NCBI GenBank assembly: GCA_009602735.1
Contig: WELA01001939.1
Coordinates: forward strand, 422,846-486,845
From: Mesotaenium endlicherianum
Taxonomy: Eukaryota
DNA length: 64,000 bases
Direction of reading: 5' to 3'
In this document: positions 63,213-64,000 of the stretch, piece after piece
Position numbering within the stretch: the first letter of the stretch is position 1
Layout of the letters: each line of letters begins with the position of its first letter
Program-made: the position numbers and the translations under genes
The notes under the pieces: generated by a model
Told to the model about the DNA's origin: nothing
Databases searched by the model: none
What the model saw: the letters and a program-made list of their open reading frames with translations, nothing else

Positions 63213-64000
63213 TGTAGTGATTTGAGTTATAATATAATAGTTTCTCTTTATTATAATAGTATTGATTATATTTGGAGTAATATTTTGTGGATTCAAGTGT
63301 GAATAGATATTCTAGTGACTTGGTTCATGTCCTTTGAACCTTTTAAGGCATTTTTGAAGTTAGAGAAAATCCTAAAAGAACTCCATGTGGCAAAAGTCAA
63401 ATGTGATATTTTGAGGTCAAAAAGACATGTGTACATTATTCTAGAAAGAAGTGGCAAGTTTTACGATGTGTTGGGTGCCAACACATTTACATGCACCTTC
63501 CTAGAAATTACTTATGTAGCAAGTATATAAACAAGAGCTAGAACATAGAAAGGCATTAGAGAATCACTCTTGTACTTGCCAAATTCCAAAATCATATTAA
63601 CTTTCAAGAAGCTATCTCTCTTTTAAGAAGCTACCACTTGTGTTCAAAGATCCTTGTCTTAAGTACTTTACCTATCTGCTTCACTACAGTGGTATCCGAG
63701 CTAGGCCCCTTGGTAGCACAAGAAGATGGCCGATCCTCGAGACCAACAGCAAGCTTTCGAAGGAAGCCCTTCCTCTCCAAGAGACCCTCCTCCAGCGCCG
63801 ATGGGAGAGCCCACGCAAGAAAATCTGCAACAACAAGAAGCACCACAAGGAGGAGCACCGTCAACTCCCGTGGCAGCCGCTATAGCAAAGTTGACTCCAC
63901 CACAAGGAGTTCCCGCAAATGAGTGGGCAGCCTTCCTAATGACCGTCCACAACCAAGTGGGCTTGGCCACCTATGAAGAAACCGTGCNAAACCGTGCAAG
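63213..64000 (+). mobile_element. 5' end of another family A chromovirus (LTR 63213-63688, PBS 63690, gag from 63726, runs off the window)
   Basis: TGTAGTG...CACTACA, PBS TGGTATCCGAGC, gag MADPRDQQQAFEG lacking the 75-bp duplication. Confidence 0.92.

Overview
Eukaryotic, intron-rich nuclear DNA with assembly gaps. Gene content (RBP45/47, EXORDIUM/PHI-1, chromodomain Ty3 elements) and GC-rich, microsatellite-laden introns suggest a streptophyte, probably a streptophyte alga (inference). 1-2126: last three exons of an unidentified gene. ~2634-6700: a decayed duplicate of the RBP47 promoter and exon 1 that appears to head a spliced, non-coding snoRNA host gene (two clear box C/D snoRNAs with rRNA-complementary guides, plus several H/ACA-like hairpin pairs). 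8163-45784: a ~37.6 kb nest of transposons, most boundaries confirmed by target-site duplications. It holds a decayed chromovirus (family A), an intact chromovirus with a large extra ORF behind pol (family B), two copies of a non-coding LARD-like element sharing B's cis signals (family C), two piggyBac elements with CACTAG termini and a shared unusual N-terminal domain, and several solo LTRs. 47676-~57230: RBP45/47-type three-RRM gene with G-rich splice acceptors. 59989-61161 (-): EXORDIUM/PHI-1 gene. 63070-end: further family A copies. All calls come from manual reading; no database searches were run.
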